A DNA stretch of 64,000 nucleotides from Octopus vulgaris (lineage: Eukaryota), in NCBI GenBank assembly GCA_951406725.2, contig OX597823.1, positions 115,754,001-115,818,000 of the forward strand. The letters are read 5' to 3'. Position 1 is the first letter of the stretch; every line of letters starts with the position of its first letter. The position numbers and the translations under genes were made by a program. This document shows, in pieces, positions 36,065 through 48,769 of the stretch. The notes beneath the pieces were generated by a model. The model had not been told where the DNA came from and searched no databases. It worked only from the letters and a program-made list of their open reading frames with translations.

Positions 36065-38904
36065 TGAATGATGTGCCATCAAATATCCTCGCCTCTATTG
36101 GCTCTCAGCTTGATCAAACACTATCTTTGTAATTGTTTTCTGATCTTTATTGTCATTAGTTTAACTGGTATTTGCTTTTCTGAAAATTGCTATCATTCAA
36201 TTTAATCTCAAACCATTATTGATTCAGCAGTAATCCTCATTTTTTCTAAAGACTCAATCCAATAATTTTATACCAAACAGATGTTTCCAAAGAGATAGAA
36301 CTGAAGATTCTGGTGAGGTTTTATTTCTTTGGTACTTTGGATATCAGTTTCCAGTTCCAGCTTCCTTAATTATTTTGCACATACCTGCCAGAAATAAACT
36401 GAATGTCAACTTTTTATTGCACATCATTGTTTTAAAATAAGGTTTTCCAACATGAAATTCTGTTCAGGTGATAGTGATGGCTGACCCAGTGAAATATTTA
36501 ACTGGATCATTCTTTTTCAAAATATTATTATCATTCCAATAATGCTTGAGGCACATTTGAACTAGGAAACTAGCTACTCACTGCGCTTTATCACAGAGAA
36601 TACATCTTGTTTGTTGACAAATGGTGTGTATATACCTAGATCAGCTTGCAGGACCACCTGGACCCATTCTGTCTGGAATTTACACTTTCCAAGTTCTAAT
36701 TCTACTAAAACTTTGTTGACTTTCCATTATGTTTGGAATAAATATAATGGTACCTCTAATATGTTGGAAATCTTTGTTCCTGTGGTCTTCCTCTATCTCC
36801 TCACTAGTAAGTTAAATGTCACTAATGTTGCTTTTGTGATTGGATTGGATTGCCTATGTTCAGTCCATTGTTGGATGAAGGCCTCAGCATCTTCTGTCCA
36901 CCAACCATAGTCTGATGTGGAGTCCATGAATTTGAGCTTGAGTTTATACTGGTTTGATAAACGTACTCTGTTGAATTGAAAGTATCCTGTCTAGAACAAT
37001 AGATGGGAATTAAAACTGAAAATGGGCAGAGATTTTAGTGTTGGTAACCTGATAAATACCCGCTGTTAATTCTGCATTCTGTGATAAAGCTCCAGCCAAT
37101 TTAATTATGCTGTGCAACATGCATAATTATAAAACCTTGACCATCGTTAAACCATCTCATTAAAAGTAGGTGCTCTGACAGTTTGCTTCCAGCTGTTTAA
37201 TTTCAGGTTTACTACTATGGCTGTTAGTTGAGATCAATTGATTGACGTATGTGCAAGATGTAAGACAGAGAATTCCAACGAGGTTGCTCATGGAGGGAGT
37301 AGGATGGGTTCTATGGGTACAAAGGTACAAAGGGGGATTGAGGCAGCTTAGTAACAAGTAGCATGATAGCATTTATAATATCGTCTGGGGATACACAAAG
37401 AGTTAATGGATTATCAGAAAGGTTGACCATTTAATCTTACCTGATGTTAAGGTTGGATGAGAACATTGTATACGTTGTTACTTTTCCAGAATTAATGAAA
37501 ATGATGTGATTATATAGAAAAGGTTTAACTGATATTCGAAATGAAGTGAAATCAATGATTCTGGAGTTATGAATGGCAGGGGGTAAATGATTTGGCCCTT
37601 TGCAAGGCAAGCTTCAGAATACCAGCTGGTCAGCTGATCACCATTGACCATTCATATAGCTCAAAGAATTTGATTGACTTTATAAGGACCAGTAATGAAT
37701 TAGGGAGATGGCAGTAAAAACCAAATCTTGTTTTTGAACTCACCTCGTTCCCCTACTGATTGTAATTATAATGCAAGAAAGATAATTTCTTCATGATATT
37801 TGGTGGGATTGGAAATTTGAATTTGAAATTACAGGATTTGAAAGAAAAAGATGCATAAAATTCAAACTTTTTTTGTTTGCTTATTACAAAGTTCTTAAAA
37901 TTTTTAGTTGTTTGTAATCATGTATTACACTATTTCATTCTTTTTAGAAATTGGCAGCATGAAAATAGCCCATGACTAATTAGTTGAGCAATAAGTATAA
38001 TGTGGAGGCAATTCATGTTTCTTTGTTTTTCTTCAGAAAACATAAGTTAGGAGACAGAGAGAAAGTTGTTAGTGTTAAGATACAGAATAACTATTTCTAG
38101 GGTGTTGACAAGGAAGACTGAGCGACAAAAAGCAAATAAGGAGGAAGATGGGTGGGAGGAGAATAATAGATAGATCTATAGCATAGGGGACAGATGTATG
38201 TTTTTGAGGTAGAATTAGCTGTAAGCCACAGTCAATCAACAGGTAACATGCAAAGCTAATGACATTGAAGTAGTTGATGTCTAAGTTGAATGTTTGTTGC
38301 TCTCTCCCTCCCTCTCTCTCTCTCTCCCCCTCTCTTTCTCTCTTTCTCTCTCTCTTGTCAAACAAATCAACCCCAGTATTTAATTTCTATCTTTTATCAT
38401 CTACTTCCTCTACTCATTGAACTGTGGCCATGTTGCAGCCTTGAAGCATTTAGTGAAACAAATCAACTCTAGTACTTATTTTCTCCTATAGTCTGGTACT
38501 TATTCTTTAAGTCTCGTTTTGCCAAACCGGCAAATTATGAGGATGTAAACAAACTGACACTGGTTTCAGAACGTAAGGACTGACACAAAATACTGCCAAG
38601 CATTTCACCTGGCATGGCAACAATTCTGCTTCCTTGCCACTTCAGAGAGAGAAAGACACACACACAAACGTTTCGCCAGCTCTCTATGTCTCTCTCTCTC
38701 TCTCTCTGTCTCTCTGTCTCTCTCTCTCTCTCTCTCAATACACATACATGCTCACACAAACACATACATTCACACACACGTGTACCAAAATATAAACTCA
38801 AGCACACAAAAGACACAGTTTTAATTCCCATCTATTGTTCTAGACAGGATACACAAACACACACACACATAAACATATACACACTCACAGACGCATACAC
38901 ACAG

Positions 38905-39021
38905 AAATACAGATACAGGACCGTCGAGCGTGGACTGCCATGGTTCGTGATGCTGTTAGGACCAGAGAAGAAGCTGGCTCAACCCACCCTGGGTAAACGG
39001 CGTCACAAGTACAAGTAAGTT
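38905..39021 (+). mobile_element. RTE-X-like LINE extreme 3' end
   Basis: QDRRAWTAMVRDAVR... followed by a caagtacaagtaagt tail. Confidence 0.65.
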
Positions 39022-39079
39022 ATAAATGGATTCTATTGTTTTTGTGGATGAATCCTATTAAACTTATGAATGGGTCCTA

Positions 39080-39412
39080 TGTGAAAGCACATGGCTTAGG
39101 GGTTAGTGTCTTCAGCTCATAATCTTAAGGCTGTGTGTTCAATGAGTTCAATTCCTGGTGGTGTGCTGTGTCCTTGAGCAAGACACTTTATTTCATGTTG
39201 CTCCAGTCCACTCAATTGGCAAAAATGAAAAGTACTGTATCTCAAAGGTCAAGCCTTGTCACATTCTGTGCCACACTGAATCTCCCTGGGACCTACATTA
39301 AGGGAATGCATGTCTGTGGAGTGCTCAGCCACTTGTGTATTATTTTCATGAGCAGGCTGTTCCTTTGATGGGGTCAGCTGGAACCTGATCGTTGTAATCG
39401 ATGGAGTTTCTC
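39080..39412 (+). mobile_element. SINE family E variant (tail shared with 53437)
   Basis: tRNA head, CORE-like segment, then gccttgtcacattctgtg...aatctccctg. Confidence 0.8.
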
Positions 39413-41081
39413 AGTTTGGGTCCTATTAAACTCTTCAATGGGTTTCGTTTCTTATGGATCTCATTTCAGTTACTTAAAAATGGATCCTGTTACATTTATG
39501 AATGAATCTTCTGTGTTGAAATTTCTAAATATTGAAATGACCCACAGTTTCATGTGTATTTGAACAGTTTAACAGTTGTTGCCATGTCATTATTATTATT
39601 ATTGTTGTTGTTATTTTTAATATAAACTTTTTCTGTTCTCATTCAGTTTCTCTCCTTCGTTAAGCTATAATCTTTATGGGCTAAATTAAAATATATTAAT
39701 CACAACCAACAATATTAAACATTTCCAGAGCATTTTTGGCAATAACAAAAAAATAGCCACAAAAATATATACGAAACATTAAGTCGTTGCCATATTAAAG
39801 ATAATAAAAATAATAAATTAAATTAAAATGAAATTATATGAAATAGAACTTGAGTTTTTTCCCCTTCTACTTGTCTCTAATAGCTATAATAAAATAGGGA
39901 AATAAAATTCCACTTTTCAATTATTGTAAAGGTTACTGGACTACAATTTTTTCTATTATAATTATATATTCTTTTAATTTGCTTTTTTTCTTTTTGTATT
40001 TTAATTTCTATTGTTTCTTCAGATAACTTTACTCTATTTTATTTTAATTTCATCTTTTCATATAATTCTTCCCATTAAAATCAGTGGTAGTTTCAAGACA
40101 AGGAATCTAGATGTAGAAAATCTTGATTCTGTTTTTAGATTAAGCAAATTTTGTATCTTCATGATTGTTGATATCTCAATTAAATTTTAAGAACCATTCA
40201 ATAAAGCTACAAGGAAATATTTTTGATTTACTAATTTTCCCATTGTTGTTACATTTGTTTTCTATCATTTCTGATATTGTTTTGTTTTACTGCTGATATC
40301 ATGAACGTTGTTGCCATTATTAAAAGAGCAACGTAGTCGTGTTTTGTTTCGCATGCTATATTTGTTTGAATTAATTTTAATAACTCAGCACACAAGAATG
40401 GCTACAGAAGAAATAACTATCATTTTATTTGGGTGATAAATACAGTTCGTTGCTAGCACTAACGATTATAGGTGAAACGACTGCCAGTGATGGTGTTGAT
40501 GACAATGGCAATAGTTTATGATGATTTCTTGGCTCAATAATTATTTGGGTATGGATTATAGCCAATTGATTCTTATAGAATATGCTATGGTTTTTTTTTT
40601 CCTCAGATTAGACCAATAACCATCTTTAAACCCTATAAAGTTGTGGAAATCTCAAACTAAACATATGTCCTCACAAAAATGTTTCATGGGAGTTAGATTG
40701 ACGAGAAATTGCAAATGAACAAGCTAGAAGCAACTAGAAAGGCTTCTTCGTGGAGTTCTCAGCCTGCTAGAAGTGGCAACCAAATCTCTAAGCTACACCA
40801 TATACATTTTAAAAAAGGAAAGTACATGTTATATAGTTTAGTCCTTCATATGCTGTGTCTAAAGAAGGAAACAAAGTAGATGGCCAGAGCTGGAGGTCTT
40901 TTATTCATAAGACTGCTAGATTAGGGCAGCATTCTTATATTACAAGTTGAATAGTTTTTGGTACCAAGCCATTAATATGATTTATCAGTAACTAACTATT
41001 GTACCGCAACACCTTGCTAAATACAGTAAGCTAAGAATGGCAAAATGTTGTAGAAATTTAGAGAAGCTCTATCATATATTT

Positions 41082-41497
41082 ATTTCTTTATTGCCCACAA
41101 GGGGCTAAACACAGAGAGGACAAACAAGGACAGACAAAGAGATTAAGTCGATTATATCTACTCCAGTGCGTAACTGGTACTTTATTTATCGACCCCGAAA
41201 GGATGAAAGGCAAAGTCAGCCTTGGCAGAATTTGAACTCAGAACGTAGCGGCAGACAAAATACCTATTTCTTTACTACCCACAAGGGGCTAAACACAGAG
41301 AGGACAAACAAGGACAGACAAATGGATTAAGTCGATTACATTGACCCCAGTGCGTAACTGGTACTTTATTTATCGACCCTGAAAGGATGAAAGGCAAAAT
41401 TGACCTCAGCGGAATTTGAACTCAGAACGTAATGGCAGAGGAAATACCGCTAAGTATTTCACCTGGCGCGCTAACACTTCTGCCAGCTCACCGCCTT
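41082..41497 (-). mobile_element. SINE family B dimer
   Basis: Junction at 41257-41270. Confidence 0.9.
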
Positions 41498-41771
41498 ATA
41501 ATTTCATATAATATATTTATATGATATATAAATCATATATTTACGGGTGGAAACATAACACTTATATCACAGAACTGCCTTTGTAAGAGAAAACCTATAT
41601 CATAGATCTGTCTTTATGGTGAGAAAAACCTATAGCAGCTATATTATAGACCTGTTTGTCTTTATGAGAGAGAACATATACCTCCTATATTATTGATTAG
41701 CTCTGTCTTATGAAACCAAATGAAGCACTTACATCATAAATAAGTCTTTGTGATGAAAGAAAATGTAACTA

Positions 41772-42408
41772 TGGCAGCGAGCTGGCAGAATCATTAGTAC
41801 ACCGGGTGAAATGCTTAGCGATGGCAGAAACGTTAGCGTGCCGGACGAAATGCTGAGCGGTATTTCGTCTGCCGCTACGTTCTGAGTTCAAATTCCGCCG
41901 AGGTCGACTTTACCTTTCATCCTTTCAGGGTCGATAAATTAAGAACCAGTTACACACTGGGGTCGATGTAATCGACTTAATACCTATGTCTGTCCTTGTT
42001 TGTCCCCTCTGTGTTTAGCCCCTTGTGGGTAGTAAAGAAATAGGTATTTTATCTGCTGTTACGTTCTGAATTCACGTTCCGCCAAGGTCAACTTTGCCTT
42101 TCATCCTTTCGGGGTCGATAAATTAAGTACCAGTCATGCACTGGGGTCGATGTAATCGACTTAATCCGTTTGTCTGTCCTTGTTTGTCTTCTCTGTGTTT
42201 AGCCCCTTGTGGGTAGTAAAGAAATAGGTATTTCGTCTGCTGTTACGTTCTGAGTTCACGTTCCGCGAGGTCTACTTTGCTTTTCATCCTCTCGGGATCG
42301 ATTAAATAAGTACCAGTTATGCACTGGGGTCGATGTAATCGACTTAATCCCTTTGTCTCTCCTTGTTTGTCCCCTCTGTGTTTAGCCTCCTGTAGGCAAT
42401 AAAGAAAT
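41772..42408 (+). mobile_element. SINE family B trimer with duplicated head
   Basis: Junctions at 42037 and 42221 (184-nt period). Confidence 0.9.
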
Positions 42409-42718
42409 ATATAATTGTATCATATTTTGGCATAAGGCCATCAATTTTGGGAGGGAGTAAGTGAATTTCATCAGCCCCAGTACTCAACTGGCTCTTATTT
42501 CTTCAGCCCCCAAACCCTGGTGGGATTTGAACTCAGAAAGTAAAGATGGATGAAATGCTGCTAAGCATTTTGCCTGATGTGCTAACGATTCTGCCAGCTT
42601 GCCAACTAAAATGTAGCAATTAAATTATAAGGTCTGAGAGGTTACACAAAACTTATATTATAGAACAGTTTATCTAAGAGAAAACAGTAATTATGTCATA
42701 GGACTGTCTTTGTAAGAA

Positions 42719-42879
42719 TGGAGTGGCTGTGTGTTAATTATCTTGCTTACGAACCACATAGTTCTGGGTTCAGTTCCACTGTGTGGCACCTTGGGTAAGT
42801 GTCTTCTACTAACTATAGCCTTAGGCCGACCAAAGCCTTGTGAGTGGATTTGATAGATGGAAACTGAAAGAAGCTCATC

Positions 42880-42914
<35 letters not shown>

Positions 42915-43133
42915 CGTGTGTGTGTATATGTTTGTGTATCTGTGTTTGTCTCCCCAACATCACTTGACAACCGATGCTGGTGTGTTTACGTCCCTGTAAC
43001 TTAGCAGTTCAGCAAAAGAGGCCGATAGAATAAGTACTAGGCCTACAAAGAATAAGTCCTGGGGTCGATTTGCTCGACTAAAAGGCAGTGCTCCAGCTTG
43101 GCCACAGTCAAATGACTGAAACAAGTAAAAGAG
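42719..43133 (+). mobile_element. SINE family A
   Basis: Full-length, with internal (TA)/(TG) microsatellite. Confidence 0.9.
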
Positions 43134-43522
43134 TGTCTTTAAGGCAAAACACAGCATAGATCTATCTTTAGATCACAGATCTATCATTATAATAAGAGAA
43201 AACATAGTAACTATATCAATGATTTCACTCTATGTGAGTAAACACAGTACCTATGGCATAGATCTGTCCTTATGAGAGAAAACGTAGCACCCATATCTGT
43301 CTTTATGATGAGAGGGTATATAAAAGCTATATCTTAGATTTGTCTTTGCAAGAGAAAATCTAGAATCTATATCATAGAGCTGTGGTTGTGACAATGAAAC
43401 ACAGCGATTACATTATATTAATAGATTTGTCTTTATCATAATAGGAAACATAGTCACTATATAATAGTTATAGATCTTTATAAAAGAAAACACAATAACT
43501 ATAAACACAAAACACAATATAT

Positions 43523-43918
43523 GGCGCAGGAGTGGCTGTGTGGTAAGTAGCTTGCTTACCAACCACATGGTTCCGGGTTCATTCCCACTATGTGGCACCT
43601 TGGGCAAGTGTCTTCAGCTATAGCCTCGGGCTGACCAAAGCCTTGTGAGTGGATTTGATAGACGGAAACTGAAAGAAGCCCGTCGTATATATGTATATAT
43701 GTGTGTGTGTGTGTGTGTGTGTATGTTTGTCTGTCTGTGTTTGCCCCCACAACTGATGGTGGTGTGTTTACGTCCCCGTAACTTAGCAGTTTGGCAAAAG
43801 AGACCTATAGAATAAGTACTAGGCTTACAAAGAATAAGTCCTGGGGTCGATTTACTCAACTAAAAGGCGGTGCTCCAGCATGGCCGCAGTCAAATGACTG
43901 ACATAAGTAAAAGAGTAA
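43523..43918 (+). mobile_element. SINE family A
   Basis: ggcgcaggagtggctgtgtggtaag head, CORE-like tggcaccttgggcaagtgtc, taaaagag tail. Confidence 0.9.
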
Positions 43919-43929
43919 CTATATCGTAG

Positions 43930-44175
43930 CATTGTCATAAAGCTGGGAAAACATGTTGATATTTATTGAACAACTTTTGAAAAGGTTGCAAGACGCAACG
44001 AAATTTATAGGAAAATAAAAATAAGAAAAAAAGTGGAAATTTTACTGGTGAGTGTGTTCCATAATAAGGCACAAAAAGAAAATGACTCTCCCCAGACATA
44101 ACAGAATATGCTTCAACACACGAACTCATATAAAGAATCTTGCAAACCAAGTCCCAAAACAAAATATTAGGATGT
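43930..44175 (+). mobile_element. pLTR-like repeat with a hammerhead-like remnant; same family as 52820-53035
   Basis: ttTGAAAAg-gttgc aagac gcaac-GAAA at ~43976-44003; the downstream sequence is shared with 52871-53025. Confidence 0.55.
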
Positions 44176-44364
44176 TGTGTAGTTCCATTCAACCCTGCTC
44201 CAGCTCTGACTTTCTACTTTATTCAGACTTAATGTGTCTAGAATTAAATTATATAAGGTATGATAGTATTAATGACCATTGTAGCTAATTATTATCTGTC
44301 TTAATTATGTTGACATATGTCTACATAGGTCTGTTTCAATTATGTAGACCTATTGTTTGTTTTG

Positions 44365-44670
44365 TTTTGTTTATTCCTTCTCGAGCCATGACTGGCCCAT
44401 AAGGGCCAGTTTCCCAGTTTCCTTGGCGTATAGGTTCCCCACTTGGACAGGATGCTGGTCCATCACAGGTGAGCTGCAGGATGCAGGAGGAAAGAGTGAG
44501 AGAAAGTTGTGGCGAAAGAGTCAGCAGAAGTTCGCCATTACCTTCTGTCGGAGCCGTGTGGAGCTTAGGTGTTTCGCTCATAAACACACATATCACCCGG
44601 TCTGAGATTCGAACCCACGATCCCTCGACCGCGAGTCCGCTGCTCTAACCACTAGGCCAAGTGACTCCAC
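44365..44670 (-). mobile_element. SINE family D with V-domain-like tail
   Basis: Reverse complement of the 22778-type copy. Confidence 0.82.
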
Positions 44671-45321
44671 ATGTAGACCTATGAGCAAGGATGTTCCAGT
44701 TGTGACCATCCAGTCCATTTTTCAGACAAAATGTGTATCAGACTTCATTAATAAATACATTTATTCCTTATATTGTTGTTGTTGTTGTTGTTTATAACAA
44801 GACATACATTTTAAGTAATATCTAAAAGACCAAATGACTACATAAAACCTCCCTCTTTTGCTTCAGCTAAGATTCAATGGAATCAGAACCAATATTAGTT
44901 ATTGATTTAGTTTTCTTTATGTAGACATACTTTCACTAATGACTATAATCTTGTGCTGTTAAGAATGCTTATATATGGTAATTTGACATACTAGAAGTAG
45001 CAGCCAGGTCCACTCAAGTAACACATTACTGTCTGAAAAAGAGAAGACATATGACAAAGAATGATATAGTTGTAAATATATTTTTAAAAAAATAGACCGT
45101 CATGGTTGGAATGCCTTAATTATTAGTCAACTTGATTAGGGATGACCTAGGGCTAAAGAGTAGCTACTATTATCTTATTGGATGATTTACTGGATGTACA
45201 TTATCATGTGACTAAGCTAAGAATGATAGACCTTGAAATGGATGAAGGGATTCTGTTTGTAGAAGAGGGGGAAAGACTATAATGTGTGCAGCAGGTGTGA
45301 TACAGAGGAAGTGACTATGTA

Positions 45322-45885
45322 CTGGGTTGTCCGGAAAGTTTGTGCCGATTTATAGTAGTTTACCTTTCGGCTTATTTTAGAACATGGTTGAGTCCATAAA
45401 ATAGGATTCGACTACATCTCCATTTAGAGCACAGTTTAAGATATCTTTTTGTGGAAGAAGGTTTATGTTCCTATAACCTGTGTTTATTCTGTAACCCTTT
45501 AAAATGGAAGATAAGAAAGTTCATTTTCGGTACTTGATGCTTTGGGAACCAGACAAAAATTGCTGCAGCTCGGCTGGAATGTGTTACCCCACTCTCCATA
45601 TTCACCAGATATTGCTCCTTTGGATTTCCACTTATTCAGGTCTATGCAGAATAGTCTTAAGGGTAAAAATTTCAATTCCTTGGATGATGTAAAAAGATAC
45701 CTTGATGAATTCTTTGCCATGAAACCACCTCATTTCTGGGAAGAGGGTATTTTCAAGTTAAAGGAAAGATGGAGACGAATTGTGCAACAAAATAGTTCAA
45801 ATTTGGTTGATTAAAAATGTAATACAAGTATTTATTGACCTTTTTCTTTCCTTTAAAAATCGGCACGAACTTTGGGACCACCCAA
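45322..45885 (+). mobile_element. Internally deleted mariner transposon
   Basis: ~30-bp TIRs (ctgggttgtccggaaagtttgtgccgattt / aaatcggcacgaactttgggaccacccaa) and TA TSD. Transposase N-terminus MEDKKVHFRYLML is joined out of frame to the C-terminus TRQKLLQLGWNVLPHSPYSPDIAPLDFHLFRSMQN. Confidence 0.95.
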
Positions 45886-46238
45886 TAATAGCAGGATTGA
45901 CTGATTGCTGATCTATCAGATAAGAGTTTTGAACATCGATAACAAGTGATAGTATAGGCACAGCATGGCCAAATGGGTGAAAAGTTTACTTGCCAATGAC
46001 AAGGCCCTGAGTTTAATCCCATTGCTGGATATCTTGGACAAATGTCATTTTATGTATCCTCAGATCAACCCATAACTTGTCAGGGGAATTGAGTTGACAA
46101 ATCCTGCACAGAACCACATCAGATGGATTGCATCTATGATTTTAAGGTACAACATTGTTACACATTGCATCTTGCTGAGTCTTCTTAATGTAATTTATAA
46201 GAATTAAGGGTTCTTGTGTCTGTGGAATACACAGCATA

Positions 46239-46652
46239 GGTGCAGGAGTGGCTGTGTGGTAAGTAGCTTGCTTACCAATCACATGATTCCGGGTTCATTC
46301 CCACTGCGTGGCACATTGGGCAAGTATTTTCTACTATAGCCTCAGGCTGTCCAAAGCCTTGTGAGTAGATTTAGTAAGCGGAAACTGAAAGAAGCCCATC
46401 GTATATATGTATATATGTGTGTGTGTGTGTGTGTTTGTGTGTGTGTCTGTGTTTGTCCCCCAACATCTGTTGACAACCGATGGTGGTGTTGTTTACGTCC
46501 CCGTAACTTAGTGGTTCAGCAAAAGAGACCGCTAGAATAAGTACTAGGCTTCCAAAAGATAAGTCCTGGGGTTGATTTGCTCGACTAAAGGCGATGCTCC
46601 AGCATGGCTGCAGTCAAATAGCTGAAACAAGTAAATGTAAAAGATGAAAGAG
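46239..46652 (+). mobile_element. SINE family A
   Basis: Full-length copy. Confidence 0.9.
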
Positions 46653-46880
46653 ATCCACTTAAGCAATTATTCAGTGAGCCGGAAATTTAGTTGACCAAAC
46701 AACTGAGTACTCACCATCAAAGCGGATGGAGACAATGCATCCGTATCCATCCACAAATGTCTTTAAGAAGCTTCCAGATACGAAAAAAAGGGAGCCGGGG
46801 AAGCACATAAAACAGAAGGAAAGCACAAGTATGGGATGTCCTATGAATACAAGTTTTACACTGAAATTAGACAGAAGCCA

Positions 46881-47106
46881 TTAACCCTTTAGTGTTTAAG
46901 CCGGCCATATCCGGCCCAAATAATCTACCTGTTTTACATTAAAACTGCTCAGATTTGCTGTCTCACTCCAACCCACAATGTCATTCTAAAAACAGGTGAT
47001 AAGTTCATCGAAATTGTGAAGCTACGAAATAATGCCTGATTAGCTTAAAACAATATGGATGAATAAGTATTATATTTGACAGAATAATCTGAACGCTAAA
47101 GGGCAA
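46881..47106 (+). mobile_element. piggyBac-type MITE
   Basis: ttaaccctttt...gctaaaggg; interior as in 34013. Confidence 0.72.
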
Positions 47107-47128
47107 AATGGTAGAATAATATATATAG

Positions 47129-47307
47129 AGGCAGAGGCGTGGCTGTGTCTGCAGAAGCTTGCTTCCCAGCCAGGTGGTTCTGGGTTCAGTCTCACTGCAT
47201 GGTATTCTAGGCAGTTGTCTTCTAATATAACCTCAGGTCAACCAAAGCCTTGTGAGTGGATCTGGTTGACAGAAACTGAAGGAAGCCTGTCGTATGTGTG
47301 TGTGTAT

Positions 47308-47358
<51 letters not shown>

Positions 47359-47554
47359 GTTCCCCACCACTACTTGACAACTGGTGCTGGTGTGTTTGCA
47401 TCCCCATAACTTACCAGTTCAGCAAAAGAGTCTGATAGAATAAGTACTAGACTTAAAAAATAAGTCCAGGGGTCGATTTGTTTGACTAAAACCCTTCAAG
47501 GCAGTGCCCCAGCATGGCCACAGCCAAACGACTGAAACAAGTAAAAGATAAAAG
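47129..47554 (+). mobile_element. SINE family A (older)
   Basis: Full-length, with internal (TG)n. Confidence 0.88.
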
Positions 47555-48299
47555 ACACAAGGCAATGATAGGCAGAGAACAGATTTAGACATGTTAATAG
47601 GTTTGAACTTGGAAGCTTAATTCTGTCAAACAATCCAAGTTTTTCATTGTGAAACGTACAAAAACTGTCATCATCTCTATTTCTAATATTTTAGATTCAA
47701 TATATTTTGAGAATATTGTTACATTTATAACATATGATGTTTTTGGTCAGAGTTTGACTTGTTTATAAATACCACTCAATGTGACATTCGTATAGCAAGG
47801 AATCATTTGAATATGTAAATTTTGTAAATTTTAGAAACTACAAAACCACTGAATTATTTCCTAGTCTGAATATAGAAATATATTCTGCTGCATTTTACCA
47901 TGTTATAGACTAGATGACTGTAAAATATTTACCTCCTTGTATTTTAGCTCTTACCAAGCAATTATTTACACATCTGTAGTACCAGCATAGTTTGATAAAT
48001 AAAATAAATTGTTATTTAAAATGGCACAATGGTGCCTGGTTAGTTTAACCTTGCTCTAATGAGTTGGCTGCGTCTGCAAATCAACTTCATCTCAGCATAA
48101 ATATCGGAAGTGCCGCCATGAATATTGCAGAATACAATCCTGAAGCCATGGATTTTGTTTGTTTTTGAGCTTCAATGAATCTGAAGATTCAGTCTTGTAT
48201 AAATAAATTGAGATATGTTAATTGCTGCTTTTGCAGTTTTAGGAACAGCCTGAAGTCTTTATAAGTAGTACTCAGCAAATTATTTAGGGGATTTTACAT

Positions 48300-48367
<68 letters not shown>

Positions 48368-48769
48368 CTGTGTGTTTGTGCATATGTGTGTATGTATGTG
48401 TGTTGGAACAATATGTAAGAACATGTGTTAATTCCATCTGAACTGTGAAGGCAGACTTTATAATCACTGTTGAAGATAATACTGTTCGTCTGTAGTTGTT
48501 CTAGATTATTTTTATCTCTGTTTTAAAGAATGAAGGATATGAAAACAAATAGTCAAATCTAATGGCAGAACAACAAGTATTGAATGCTTCACGGGCTGAA
48601 TTTTATTGAAGGTCTAACAATCGATAGAAATTCAGTTGATGGCATTTAGTGTTAAAACTCTACAGTTCTATTGCTCATAATCTTTTTTGAGTTCAAATTT
48701 TGTGAAGGTTGACTTTGACATTCAGCCTTTTGGGGTTGATAAAATTAACAACCATCTGAGTTGTGGTTG

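Larger units (their letters stand above)
41560..43930. repeat. Degenerate ~38-bp minisatellite interrupted by four SINE insertions
   Basis: agagaaaacatagtaactatatcatagatctgtctttat-like units at 41560-41770, 42610-42715 and 43140-43520. Confidence 0.7.

Noticed and set aside
36150-37450. Coding-like composition on the minus strand
   Set aside because: Interrupted by stops and no motif I can name; probably an old LINE remnant, but not supportable by eye.
38905-39021. GC-rich block ending in gtaagt, resembling an exon
   Set aside because: It matches a LINE 3' end; the gtaagt is part of the caagta tail repeat.
40590-40680. Strong acceptor-like tttttttttttcctcag
   Set aside because: The following sequence encodes nothing like the next AGBL4 exon and I see no clear donor.
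43523-43600. tRNA-like sequences at SINE 5' ends (also ~11140-11215, 22778, 30766)
   Set aside because: They continue into SINE bodies and lack a complete acceptor stem, so they are not tRNA genes.
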